This document shows positions 42,843-51,894 of a DNA stretch of 64,000 nucleotides, piece by piece. The translations under genes were made by a program, and so were the position numbers. Every line of letters begins with the position of its first letter. The first letter of the stretch is position 1. The DNA lies in assembly GCA_041862635.1 (NCBI GenBank), contig JBGVTO010000195.1, positions 1,523-65,522 of the forward strand. Reading direction: 5' to 3'. The stretch comes from Phycisphaerae bacterium (GTDB lineage: Bacteria > Planctomycetota > Phycisphaerae > Sedimentisphaerales > Anaerobacaceae). The notes beneath the pieces were generated by a model that saw only the letters and a list, made by a program, of their open reading frames with translations, had not been told where the DNA came from and made no database searches.

Positions 42843-43790
42843 TTAAATCGTTACTGTTAAATAATGTGTATCATCCGCAAATCGCATCACACCCTCAAAG
42901 ACAGCGGGAACAAGCAGGGTATCACCGGCCATGAATTCAACTTCGCTTCCCCTCCCTCCCGTAATTGTCCCAAAGCCGGAGATGAAAATCAGTGTTTTCA
43001 TTTGGCCGGGCGAAAGCAACAGCTCGCAGTCTTTGGCCTGATGTCCTTTATCTACCCTGAAATATTCGCAATCTACCAGCCGCCCCATCGTTGTTACTGA
43101 AAGATTGTCACCGGATGCATCGAAGTGGATACTTTCCAGAGCCTCTTCGATGTGTAATTCTCTGGATTTACCGGTATCGTCAACTCTGTTCCAGTCGAAT
43201 ACCCGATATGTCGTATCCGAGGGCATTTGAATCTCAGCTATCAATAAGCCCGGCCCTATGGCATGTGCCGTTCCGGCCGGAAGAAAATGACACTGGCCTT
43301 TTTCAACCGTCACCTTTTCTAACATATCAGCCACATTGCCTTTTTTTATCGCCTTGGCGAATCGCTCCTTCGTTACGCCTTTTTTCAGCCCTTTATAAAT
43401 TACCGCATCGGGTTCGGCGGATATGATATACCAGCACTCGGTTTTAGGCTCCCCTTTGCCCATTCGCCGGCAGGTCTCCGGGTCGGGATGCACCTGGACG
43501 CTCAAGATGTCCTGGGCGTCCAGAAACTTGATTAACAGAGGAAAAGGTCCTGAGAAATCTTCGTTGCCCGTTATTTCTTTGGGATATTTTTCAATAGCCG
43601 AGATGAGAGTTTGACCGGTCAATTCACCGTTTGAGATTACAGACTTATCGTTCGGCAAATCAGCCAATTCCCAGCTTTCACCGATCTTCTCAAACGGTGG
43701 TATATCCTTATCGAAAACCTCTCGCAGCTTCTGCCCGCCCCAAATCCGCTGCTTATAAATCGGCCTAAACTTTAACGGATATGCTTTCAC
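42843..43790 (-). CDS. manA: class I mannose-6-phosphate isomerase
   Basis: YPLKFRPIYKQRIWGG, ESWELADLP, SVQVHPD and AGTAHAIG motifs. Confidence 0.85.
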   Translation of the reverse strand: MKAYPLKFRPIYKQRIWGGQKLREVFDKDIPPFEKIGESWELADLPNDKSVISNGELTGQTLISAIEKYPKEITGNEDFSGPFPLLIKFLDAQDILSVQVHPDPETCRRMGKGEPKTECWYIISAEPDAVIYKGLKKGVTKERFAKAIKKGNVADMLEKVTVEKGQCHFLPAGTAHAIGPGLLIAEIQMPSDTTYRVFDWNRVDDTGKSRELHIEEALESIHFDASGDNLSVTTMGRLVDCEYFRVDKGHQAKDCELLLSPGQMKTLIFISGFGTITGGRGSEVEFMAGDTLLVPAVFEGVMRFADDTHYLTVTI

Positions 43791-43930
43791 GCGGATTATT
43801 TTAACCGCCGGTGCAAATCTCGTCCATACAAACCTTTTCTTTTAGATGCTGCTGGCATCACAGAGACCCACTGTAAACATTTTAAATATAGTTATTTTTT
43901 TCTTCTCTTAGAGAAAAAAACCAAAGTTGG

Positions 43931-44665
43931 TTAATCTGCGACTTCAGGGTCAAAATTATTAGTCTTCGGATTCACATAGACATCACGAAACCTTAGTGTG
44001 TCAGCGTGGCCGTCCAGGAATCCATAGTTTGAGCGGGCTTCCCAGGATTCTTCCTGGCCACCGTGAGCATTTGTCTGGATTTGTCTGGCCGCAATGACCG
44101 GTGGCGATTCAGGTTTCCCCGGAACCATCCAGCTCTCCACATGAGGGTGGTCGGCACCGGCGAAAGGCCCTTCGAAAGCCATAATGAGAAAATGGACGGT
44201 CGCAGACGGCCTCGGGACCTGCGACAGTTTTCGATAAGGTTTTTTAGGCGCCACCTCAGTTAGGTAGTTGTTGACGCCGTAACTGGTTCTACGGAACTGG
44301 TCGGTGCTCGGCGGTACGGGCACTCCCTGGCCGCCTTCTTCGACGGGCCAGTGGGGACTTTTATCTATGGGAGAGCGGTACAACAGCTTGTCGCTGTAAT
44401 ATTTAGCTAGAGTATTAACCCAGGCCACATCCTCTTTCCCATGTGCTCCACCGTGGGCCAAACCTACGTCGATAAAGTATCCCTCCCAATCCATCATATA
44501 CATCCAGTGGGAAAGTTCCATATTCCGTATATTCGCCTGGCACTTCATAGACAAAGCTGTTCGCCGGGCTTTTTGCAGCGTGGGCAGTAGTATGCCCAAC
44601 AGCAGAGCGATAATCGATATCACCACGAGCAGTTCGATCAGAGTAAATGAACGTATTCCTTTCAT
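43931..44665 (-). CDS. prepilin-type N-terminal cleavage/methylation domain protein
   Basis: AGGAGG RBS, MKGIRS|[29 protein letters not shown]-terminus and a C-terminal FLDGHAD motif. Confidence 0.85.
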   Translation of the reverse strand: MKGIRSFTLIELLVVISIIALLLGILLPTLQKARRTALSMKCQANIRNMELSHWMYMMDWEGYFIDVGLAHGGAHGKEDVAWVNTLAKYYSDKLLYRSPIDKSPHWPVEEGGQGVPVPPSTDQFRRTSYGVNNYLTEVAPKKPYRKLSQVPRPSATVHFLIMAFEGPFAGADHPHVESWMVPGKPESPPVIAARQIQTNAHGGQEESWEARSNYGFLDGHADTLRFRDVYVNPKTNNFDPEVAD

Positions 44666-44774
44666 AATATGCTGGCCTCCTGTTAGCACCCTTCGACGTT
44701 AATGAGAAGTCGTCGACGAAGGGACTGATTGAAGCTTCCTAAACTTTAAATTGACAAGAAATCGATTCTTGTGA

Positions 44775-45101
44775 TTAGAGAGGCGGGGCGCGGGGGGAGG
44801 TAGCTACCGGACGAAATCTTGAAAGGTTTATATTTTGGCGGAAAAGAACATTGTGCTTTTCCGCAGGCTTGTCAACAAATAATATTTGTGGCTCGACATT
44901 GAATGATGTCAAAGCGGTAAGCAATTTCTGGCAGACCGGACAGTGTGAACTATCTGGTAATGAGTGGGGCGGCTCTTTGCTGTCATGCTCGCAGTCCGTA
45001 TGCAGCACAAGCGAAACGTTAGTGGCAAATACCACAAAGCAAACAGTTGCAAATACAAAAAGGCTTTTTCGAGCTAATAGAATCAAATTGTAATTCCCCA
45101 A
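44775..45101 (-). CDS. small membrane-anchored His/Cys-rich protein
   Basis: 108-aa ORF with one TM segment, then HTDCEHD...PH...SSHCPVC. Last gene of the Fur-family operon. Confidence 0.45.
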   Translation of the reverse strand: MGNYNLILLARKSLFVFATVCFVVFATNVSLVLHTDCEHDSKEPPHSLPDSSHCPVCQKLLTALTSFNVEPQILFVDKPAEKHNVLFRQNINLSRFRPVATSPRAPPL

Positions 45102-45172
45102 AAACTATCTGCCCTTTTAGAAAATCGGCTTTCACAATTAAATTTGTTCATTTTTTTATGCCCATCTGGTTT

Positions 45173-45595
45173 TCATGTGCATGTCGGGCACAGGCCTTCG
45201 AGCCGGACCTGCTGGCGGTGGATAACAAAGCCTTTGTGTGGACTGCCGGCCATAGGCAGTGATATTTCCGTCAGGCAGTGTGTGCTGCCGCAGTGTGTGC
45301 AGGTAAAGTGAGGATGGCATTGGCTCTCTGTGCAATTGTCGGCCAGTTCAAAATGCCATGCCCTTTTATCAATAAAAACCTTATGCAATAGGCCGACCTT
45401 TAATAAACTTTCCAGAGTTCGGTAGATTGTGACCTTGTCGAAGCTTTTCTTACCCAATCGCCGGGCAATCTGCTCCTGGCTCAGTGGCTTGTCGGTTTTC
45501 ATCAGCACTTTCAGTATGGCCACTCTGCCTTTGGTACAGTAAAGCTTGGCCGTCTTCAACATCTTGCGAGATTGTAAATCTAAATTCGTCTTCAT
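45173..45595 (-). CDS. Fur-family metalloregulator (Fur/Zur/PerR type not resolved)
   Basis: wHTH (R..IL..L.....LS.E.I...L......TIYR.L..L...GL) plus CTHC and CPTC Zn-site pairs. Confidence 0.85.
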   Translation of the reverse strand: MKTNLDLQSRKMLKTAKLYCTKGRVAILKVLMKTDKPLSQEQIARRLGKKSFDKVTIYRTLESLLKVGLLHKVFIDKRAWHFELADNCTESQCHPHFTCTHCGSTHCLTEISLPMAGSPHKGFVIHRQQVRLEGLCPTCT

Positions 45596-45607
45596 AACTA
45601 AATCGTA

Positions 45608-46279
45608 TTAATGGTGATGGTGAACATGCGACAAATCGTCCGATGATTTCACAAATAACAACGGAAAAACAATATCGCTGAAACAGCACGGCAGCAAAAC
45701 CGCCAGGAAAAGGAATCCGAAACTGCCGACCGCTTTCAAGATTGTTATCTGCCCGCCCATCGCCATCAGCATATGGAACGAGGACGCCCACGTGCTAAGC
45801 AAAACATGGCCTGCATGCGGAACCTTGGTCCTCGGCTTGAAAATTGCTATCAGCACACCTGCTATTGCGGCTGGTATTACAATGTACCAGCCTTCAATAA
45901 AGCCGATATGTGCCTGTTCAGCGAAACTTGCATGTTCGTGCGCGTGGGACTCGATACGCATACCTAAAAGCAACTCGCCGACATAAGGTATCAGCGAATC
46001 ACTAAGGGTTCCGATGGCAACCGAACCAAAGAATCCCACCAGCAGGACAAAGATTGTTTTTCTTCTTTTAGTGTGAAACTGAAACATCGAGGAGATTACG
46101 ATTGCACTCAATAACACATGCCCCGGATGGAATACATAGAATATCCTGCGGCTCGTCTCATGTTCAAGATTCTTAAACAGCAGCATGCAGACGATACCTG
46201 TAAAAGCCCCGAACAAAGTAAAAGGTGCGTGGCTCTCCAATTCATGCAAAATAATTGCAGGCTTTTTTCGTATTTGCAT
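45608..46279 (-). CDS. His-rich integral membrane protein, candidate metal transporter
   Basis: 223 aa and about 6 TM segments. Duplicated H(P/A)GHVLLS motif, His-rich loop ESHAHEHASFAEQAH and a C-terminal HVHHHH. Confidence 0.65.
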   Translation of the reverse strand: MQIRKKPAIILHELESHAPFTLFGAFTGIVCMLLFKNLEHETSRRIFYVFHPGHVLLSAIVISSMFQFHTKRRKTIFVLLVGFFGSVAIGTLSDSLIPYVGELLLGMRIESHAHEHASFAEQAHIGFIEGWYIVIPAAIAGVLIAIFKPRTKVPHAGHVLLSTWASSFHMLMAMGGQITILKAVGSFGFLFLAVLLPCCFSDIVFPLLFVKSSDDLSHVHHHH

Positions 46280-46331
46280 TTAGCACCTCGAAGCTGTCGA
46301 TTGTCAAAATTAGATTCAAACTTGAAAGAAC

Positions 46332-46370
46332 ATTTTATACTTACTACGTTAAAATTGCAACTAAGTTGCA
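46332..46370 (-). promoter_or_regulatory. promoter TTGCAA-17-TAAAAT (minus strand) with palindrome TGCAACT-A-AGTTGCA overlapping the -35
   Basis: On the minus strand: ttgcaa ttttaacgtagtaagta taaaat. Palindrome at 46356-46370 lies 77-91 nt upstream of the first gene of the Fur-family operon. Confidence 0.5.
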
Positions 46371-46589
46371 TATTTTTTTTATTTTTTTTCCGTTTCAGTA
46401 TTAATCGGATGGTCATACGCTTATAAACATAAGCAAGCTTGTTTACTCAGGATAAAAAAGTTATAAGCCGGATTATACAACTGAAGTGGAAAAGGAGCTT
46501 TGCAAAAAGCACTCTAACTAAATCGACAGTACATTAGTGCGAATATTTATGAATCAAAAGATTTTTTTAACAGTTCCGTATGTCACCTC

Positions 46590-46618
46590 TTGCGTTCCGC
46601 TGTCCTCGAATCTATAAT
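46590..46618 (+). promoter_or_regulatory. promoter TTGCGT-17-TATAAT upstream of the RND adaptor gene
   Basis: Hexamers at 46590-46595 and 46613-46618, about 65 nt before ATG 46683. Confidence 0.5.
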
Positions 46619-46682
46619 ACACACACGTAACGATGGCTCATATTGTGAGCCGCCATTTAAATTAAAGAAACGGGTACAGCTA

Positions 46683-47795
46683 ATGAGCAATCAATCGCCT
46701 GAAACCAGAACAGGTAAGATAAGTCAAGGGTGGCTACGTCGGAACGCCCCAAAGGCGGTCATCGTTCTCGCTGCGTTAGCGATATTGACCGCCATCACGA
46801 AAATACCGACGCAAAAACGGGATGCACCTCCCACCGAAGCACCGCCGGTGAACGTCTCGGTCATCACTGTAATTGCCGAACCCCAGCTTGCCGACACCTT
46901 CGACCTGCCGGCCATCGTTGAGCCGAACCGCATCGTCACGGTTTCCGCCGAGGTCGCAGGCCGCATCGAGCGTATCCCCCAAAAGGAGGGAAGCGAAGTC
47001 CGAGCAGGGGACCTGCTCATCCAGCTCAATACGGACCTCATCCGTCCCATGTTTGAAATCGCCGAGGTGCAGGTCGAGCGAGACCAGATCGAGTTCGACC
47101 GCATGACGAATCTCGTCAAACAGGACGCCACCCCCCGCCGTGACCTGGAGAATGCCACTACCCAGCTCGCCATCAGCAAGGCCCGCCTCGCGGAGGTCCG
47201 CGCCCGTCTGGACCGCACCAGCATCCTTGCCCCAACGGCCGGTGTGCTGAACGAGCTCCTCGTCGAGCAGGGGGAGTACGTTGATGCCGGCAAGGCGGTG
47301 GCCGAGGTCGTGGATACGCATACGGTTAAGGTCGTGGTGGAAGTACCTGAACGCGACATTGCGTTTTTCGCCACAGGCCAGAAGACGCGTATCTTTGTGG
47401 ACGTAAAGGGCCAGCAGAAATCGCTGGTCGGGACTATCTCATTCATCAGCGAGCTGGCCGATCAGCGAACACGCTCCACGCGCTTGGAAATTACTCTGGA
47501 GAACAAGGAACGGCTTCTGCGGAGCGGGCAGATCGTGCTTGTCCGCCTGACCCGCCGAATCCTGAAAGACGCCATCCTGGTCCCGCTGCTGGCGGTGATT
47601 CCGATGGAGGATAGCAAGGCCGTCTATGTCGTCAATTCCACAAAAGCCGAGCGTCGCGAAATCGAGCTCGGAGTCATCAAGGGTAATCGTGTCCAGGTGA
47701 CGGGGGGTTTGGAGCCGGGCGACCGCCTGATTATCGCCGGTCATCGATTTGTCGCGCCGGGACAGAAGGTAAACATCGTATCGGAGAATAAATAG
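46683..47795 (+). CDS. RND efflux periplasmic adaptor (membrane fusion protein)
   Basis: N-terminal TM anchor, coiled-coil region, and barrel-sandwich/beta-barrel pattern (V.AG..L..LD, ...A....G.V). Confidence 0.85.
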   Translation: MSNQSPETRTGKISQGWLRRNAPKAVIVLAALAILTAITKIPTQKRDAPPTEAPPVNVSVITVIAEPQLADTFDLPAIVEPNRIVTVSAEVAGRIERIPQKEGSEVRAGDLLIQLNTDLIRPMFEIAEVQVERDQIEFDRMTNLVKQDATPRRDLENATTQLAISKARLAEVRARLDRTSILAPTAGVLNELLVEQGEYVDAGKAVAEVVDTHTVKVVVEVPERDIAFFATGQKTRIFVDVKGQQKSLVGTISFISELADQRTRSTRLEITLENKERLLRSGQIVLVRLTRRILKDAILVPLLAVIPMEDSKAVYVVNSTKAERREIELGVIKGNRVQVTGGLEPGDRLIIAGHRFVAPGQKVNIVSENK

Positions 47796-47800
47796 CCGCT

Positions 47801-50800
47801 ATGCTGATTACCGACATTGCCATTCGAAACCGCACAACGGTGGTTGTCCTGGGACTTATCATCATCCTCATGGGCGGCTACAGTTATCTCTCATTGCCGC
47901 GCGAGGCATTCCCGGACATCCCCATCCCGCATATCATGGTCACAACGATGTACGAAGGTGTCTCACCGGAAGACATCGAAACATCAGTCACGATGAAGAT
48001 AGAGAAGGAGCTAAACGGCATTCGTGGTGTCAAAGAAATCCGCTCCAGCAGCGCCGAGGGGCTCTCGATGATAGACGTGGAGTTCACGCCGGACGTGCAG
48101 AGCGATGTGGCCCTCCAGCGGGTGCGCGACCGCGTGGACATAGCCAAAGGCGAGCTGCCCATGGACGCCGAGGAGCCGGTAATCAAGGAGATAAACCTCG
48201 CCGAGTTCCCTATCATGCTCGTCAGCATTTCCGGCGACGTCTCACCTGTCCAGCTAAAGGAGATTGCCGACACATTGCAGGACACCCTCGAGGCGGTGCC
48301 CGGCGTGCTCAAGGTCGACGTGCTCGGCGCGCTGGAACCTGAAATCCGGCTGGAGTTTGACCCCGACCGGCTGGCCTCGTACAACCTGATGATACCGGAG
48401 ATCCTGGCACTGATACCTTCGGAAAACGTAAACATCTCCGCCGGTGGTCTCGAGACCCAGGGCACAAAGTTCAATGTGCGGATCCCCGCGGAGCTTGTCA
48501 CGGCCGAAGAGGTGGACCACCTCCTACTGACCGTGCGCGACGGCAAGCCCATCTATCTTTCAGACGTCGCAAACGTGCGAGCCACCTTCAAAGACCGAAC
48601 CAGCTACTCACGACTCAACGGTTCCGGAAACGTCACCCTCAGTATCCAGAAGCGTGTTGGCGCCAACGTCGTCCATATCGCCGACTACATCAGGGCCATT
48701 ATAGACAAGGCGCAGCAGCAGGTCCCCGGCGCCGTGAAGTTCGACATCACCTTCGACATGTCCAAGTACATCCGCGACATGGTGGCCGACCTGGAAAACA
48801 ACATCCTAGCCGCCCTGATACTGGTCTCAGGCGTGCTCCTGCTATTCTTGGGCTGGCGACCGAGCACCATCGTGGCGTTGATTATACCGCTCAGCATGCT
48901 AATCGCCTTCTTCCTCATCCAGATGCTCGGCTACACACTGAACATGATCGTGCTCTTCAGCCTCGTGCTGGTTCTGGGTATGCTCGTAGATAATGCGATT
49001 GTCATCGTGGAGAACATATACCGCCACATCCAGCTCGGGTATAGCCGCGTGGAGGCCGCAATGCTCGGCGCGAGAGAGGTCGCCTTGCCGGTCACAACCT
49101 CCACCTTCACGACCGTGTGCGCCTTTTTACCACTGATGTTCTGGCCGGGAATCATGGGGGACTTCTTGAAGTATCTACCAATCACCCTGTCACTCGGCCT
49201 GCTCGCCTCACTCTTTGTAGCGCTCGTGTTCAGCCCCACAATCTGCTCGGTTTGGGCCGGTCGGTCGCCCAAGCCGCGTCAGAAGGACCATTGGTTTATC
49301 AGGGGCTACCGTCGCCTACAGCGAGCCGGCTTGGAGAATCCGGCCCTAACCTTGTTTCTGGCTGTGTGCCTCTTGTTTGGCCTGGTGACCCTGTATGCCA
49401 AGATCGGTAAGGGAACCGAGTTCTTCCCGCAAGGCGACCCTGAGCGTGCCGTCATCGACCTCCGCACACCCCAAGGCACGAACATCCGCGAAACGGACCG
49501 CTTAGTTCGACTGATCGAAGACCGCATCGAGCCGTACGAGCCCTGGATCGAGGATATCGTCACGAACGTGGGCTCTTCGGGCGGCGGTCTGGACATCGTG
49601 GGCAGCGCCGGCGGCCCGCACCTGGCGAATATCTCACTTATCTTCTATGACTTCGCCGTGCGAGAGCGTCCGTCTATGGAAATCATCGCCGGAATTCGAC
49701 AGGCCATCGCCGACATACCTGGCGCCGAGATTAAGGTCGAAAGGCAAAGGGATGGACCGCCCACCGGTGCGCCAATCACCGTACGACTCATAGGAGAGGA
49801 CTTCTCCATGCTCGAGCGACTCAGCGACCAAGCCCGCCGGACAATCGCTGACGTGCCCAACATCGTCAACCTCCGCAGTGACCTGGAGGCCACCCGTCCG
49901 GAGCTGGCCTTTACCGTCAACCGCCGCGTCGCCATGCTCCTCGGCGTCAACACCGCCACAGTCGGCAACTTCCTCAAAATGGCCATCTTTGGCACAAATG
50001 TCGGGACATATCGTCAGTACAACGACGAGTACGACATCACCGTGCGCCTGCCGCTGGCCGACAGAGTTGACATCGACGACCTGTATCGCCTCAAGATTCC
50101 AAACCTGTCCGGGAACTCCGTGCCGGTCAGTTCGCTCGGTCGTTTCGAGTACCAGGGCGGGTTCGGCACCATCAACCGCGTTAATCAGAAACGCGTCGTC
50201 ACCATCACGGCCGACGCCGAAGGCCGACTAAGTTCCGAAGTGCTCAAAGACGTGCAGAAACGCCTGCAAGAATTCGAGCTTCCCGCCGGCTACGAGATTG
50301 AGTATGCCGGCGAAAAAGAAACCGAGGACGAGTCACGCGCCTTCCTCGGAAAGGCCTTCGCAATCGCCATTCTGCTTATCATCCTCGTGCTGGTCATCCA
50401 GTTTAATTCACTTAAGGTACCGTTCGTCATAATAACCACAGTGCTCCTCTCCCTCATTGGCGCGCTGACAGGATTGCTGATTTGCGGCCTGCCCTTCGGC
50501 ATCATCATGACGGGCATCGGCGTTATTAGCCTGGCCGGTGTGGTAGTGAACAACGCCATTGTGCTGCTCGCCTACACACGGCAGTTGCAGCAGCGGGGGA
50601 TGGACCTCATCTCCGCCGCGGCAGAGGCCGGTGTCATACGTCTGCGCCCTGTGCTCCTCACCGCCATTACCACCATCATCGGCCTCATACCGATGGCTAC
50701 CGGCATCGCTTACGACTTCCACACCTTTACCTGGGCCACCAAGAGCGAATCCAGCCAGTGGTGGCGAAATATGGCGGTTGTCGTCATCTTCGGCCTCGGC

Positions 50801-50941
50801 TTTGCTACGGTCCTGACGCTCATCGTAGCTCCCTCGCTCTACGTTATGCTCAGTCGCCTCTCACTCTGGCTGGGCTTCAAAGAGATGGAAGCCACGGAAA
50901 AATCCGTGACAGGGCAAAAACCGGTCACAGCCACCGCTTAA
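47801..50941 (+). CDS. RND-family inner-membrane efflux transporter (AcrB/CzcA superfamily)
   Basis: 1046 aa. N-terminal I.R.....V.......G..S...LP.E.FPD. 12-TM architecture with two large periplasmic loops. Confidence 0.95.
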   Translation: MLITDIAIRNRTTVVVLGLIIILMGGYSYLSLPREAFPDIPIPHIMVTTMYEGVSPEDIETSVTMKIEKELNGIRGVKEIRSSSAEGLSMIDVEFTPDVQSDVALQRVRDRVDIAKGELPMDAEEPVIKEINLAEFPIMLVSISGDVSPVQLKEIADTLQDTLEAVPGVLKVDVLGALEPEIRLEFDPDRLASYNLMIPEILALIPSENVNISAGGLETQGTKFNVRIPAELVTAEEVDHLLLTVRDGKPIYLSDVANVRATFKDRTSYSRLNGSGNVTLSIQKRVGANVVHIADYIRAIIDKAQQQVPGAVKFDITFDMSKYIRDMVADLENNILAALILVSGVLLLFLGWRPSTIVALIIPLSMLIAFFLIQMLGYTLNMIVLFSLVLVLGMLVDNAIVIVENIYRHIQLGYSRVEAAMLGAREVALPVTTSTFTTVCAFLPLMFWPGIMGDFLKYLPITLSLGLLASLFVALVFSPTICSVWAGRSPKPRQKDHWFIRGYRRLQRAGLENPALTLFLAVCLLFGLVTLYAKIGKGTEFFPQGDPERAVIDLRTPQGTNIRETDRLVRLIEDRIEPYEPWIEDIVTNVGSSGGGLDIVGSAGGPHLANISLIFYDFAVRERPSMEIIAGIRQAIADIPGAEIKVERQRDGPPTGAPITVRLIGEDFSMLERLSDQARRTIADVPNIVNLRSDLEATRPELAFTVNRRVAMLLGVNTATVGNFLKMAIFGTNVGTYRQYNDEYDITVRLPLADRVDIDDLYRLKIPNLSGNSVPVSSLGRFEYQGGFGTINRVNQKRVVTITADAEGRLSSEVLKDVQKRLQEFELPAGYEIEYAGEKETEDESRAFLGKAFAIAILLIILVLVIQFNSLKVPFVIITTVLLSLIGALTGLLICGLPFGIIMTGIGVISLAGVVVNNAIVLLAYTRQLQQRGMDLISAAAEAGVIRLRPVLLTAITTIIGLIPMATGIAYDFHTFTWATKSESSQWWRNMAVVVIFGLGFATVLTLIVAPSLYVMLSRLSLWLGFKEMEATEKSVTGQKPVTATA

Positions 50942-51068
50942 TTGTAGTGACGTCAATATTAAATATCCGGGCTTAAAAGCATTGCGAATTTTAGCACAGC
51001 GGAGTAAAGTAGAATCTCTATTGAAAGAGTCTGCATGACAGCAGGATATTATCTTGTGAACGAACACT

Positions 51069-51866
51069 ATGCCTGTAAAGGAGCAGACAATGAAGAAGAT
51101 AGTTGTATTACTGTGGTTGGTGATTCTCACGTCTTGTGTGGGTTGTCGGAGCACCTCTGGTCCGGCTCAGCCGCTCATCGGAATTACAAGTGTTTATAAG
51201 GTAGATGAGAACAACGGTTCAGCTTCGACTATGGTAGGCTTCACTTATGTGGAGGCCGTTGCTGAGAACGGCGGCGTGCCGGTAGTGCTGCCGACGGTTA
51301 CAAATGAAGATATTTTGCAGCGATATGTCCAGGAGCTGGACGGCTTGGTGCTGGTAGGAGGCGATGATATCCCGCCCTCGGCCTATGGCCAGCAGCCACA
51401 CGAAACAGTAAAAGTATTACCGATGCAGCGTTACAATTTCGAAAGAAAGTTGATTTCATTATGGCTGAGCAGCGGCAAACCAATGCTTGGGGTTTGTCTG
51501 GGTATGCAGTTTACAAATGTCGTTTCAGGTGGCTCGCTCATACAGGACATCCCTTCGCAGGTGGGAACAGAGGTGGCGCATCGCCGAAAGTACCATCGTG
51601 TGCGGATTGAGCCGGGTAGCTCTTTGGCTGTGCTCCTTGGCGCCGAAGAGGCCATGGTCTATTCAAGCCACCATCAGGCGGTCGATAAGCTGGGGAAGAA
51701 ACTAAAGGTCATTGCTCACGCCGAAGATGGTGTCATCGAGGCGATGGAGTCTGTCAACGGTAGATTCGGATTATTTGTCCAGTGGCATCCGGAAAAAATG
51801 GAAGATACCGAGCACCGAAATGCAATCTACGGTGCGTTGATTCGGGCCTGCGCTACGCGAAACTAA
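51069..51866 (+). CDS. class I glutamine amidotransferase / gamma-glutamyl hydrolase (peptidase C26, PuuD-like) with lipoprotein signal
   Basis: GVCLGMQ nucleophile elbow and HHQAV/WHPE motifs. N-terminal MKKIVVLLWLVILTSC lipobox (alternative start 51090). Confidence 0.8.
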   Translation: MPVKEQTMKKIVVLLWLVILTSCVGCRSTSGPAQPLIGITSVYKVDENNGSASTMVGFTYVEAVAENGGVPVVLPTVTNEDILQRYVQELDGLVLVGGDDIPPSAYGQQPHETVKVLPMQRYNFERKLISLWLSSGKPMLGVCLGMQFTNVVSGGSLIQDIPSQVGTEVAHRRKYHRVRIEPGSSLAVLLGAEEAMVYSSHHQAVDKLGKKLKVIAHAEDGVIEAMESVNGRFGLFVQWHPEKMEDTEHRNAIYGALIRACATRN

Positions 51867-51894
51867 TGTTTTCCATAAAAAAGGTAAAGCAGAA

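Noticed and set aside
46724-50722. Many long antisense or alternative-frame ORFs (up to 240 aa) inside the RND adaptor and pump genes.
   Set aside because: This is a typical stop-codon-poor artefact of the elevated GC content. The sense frames carry unambiguous MFP/RND homology.
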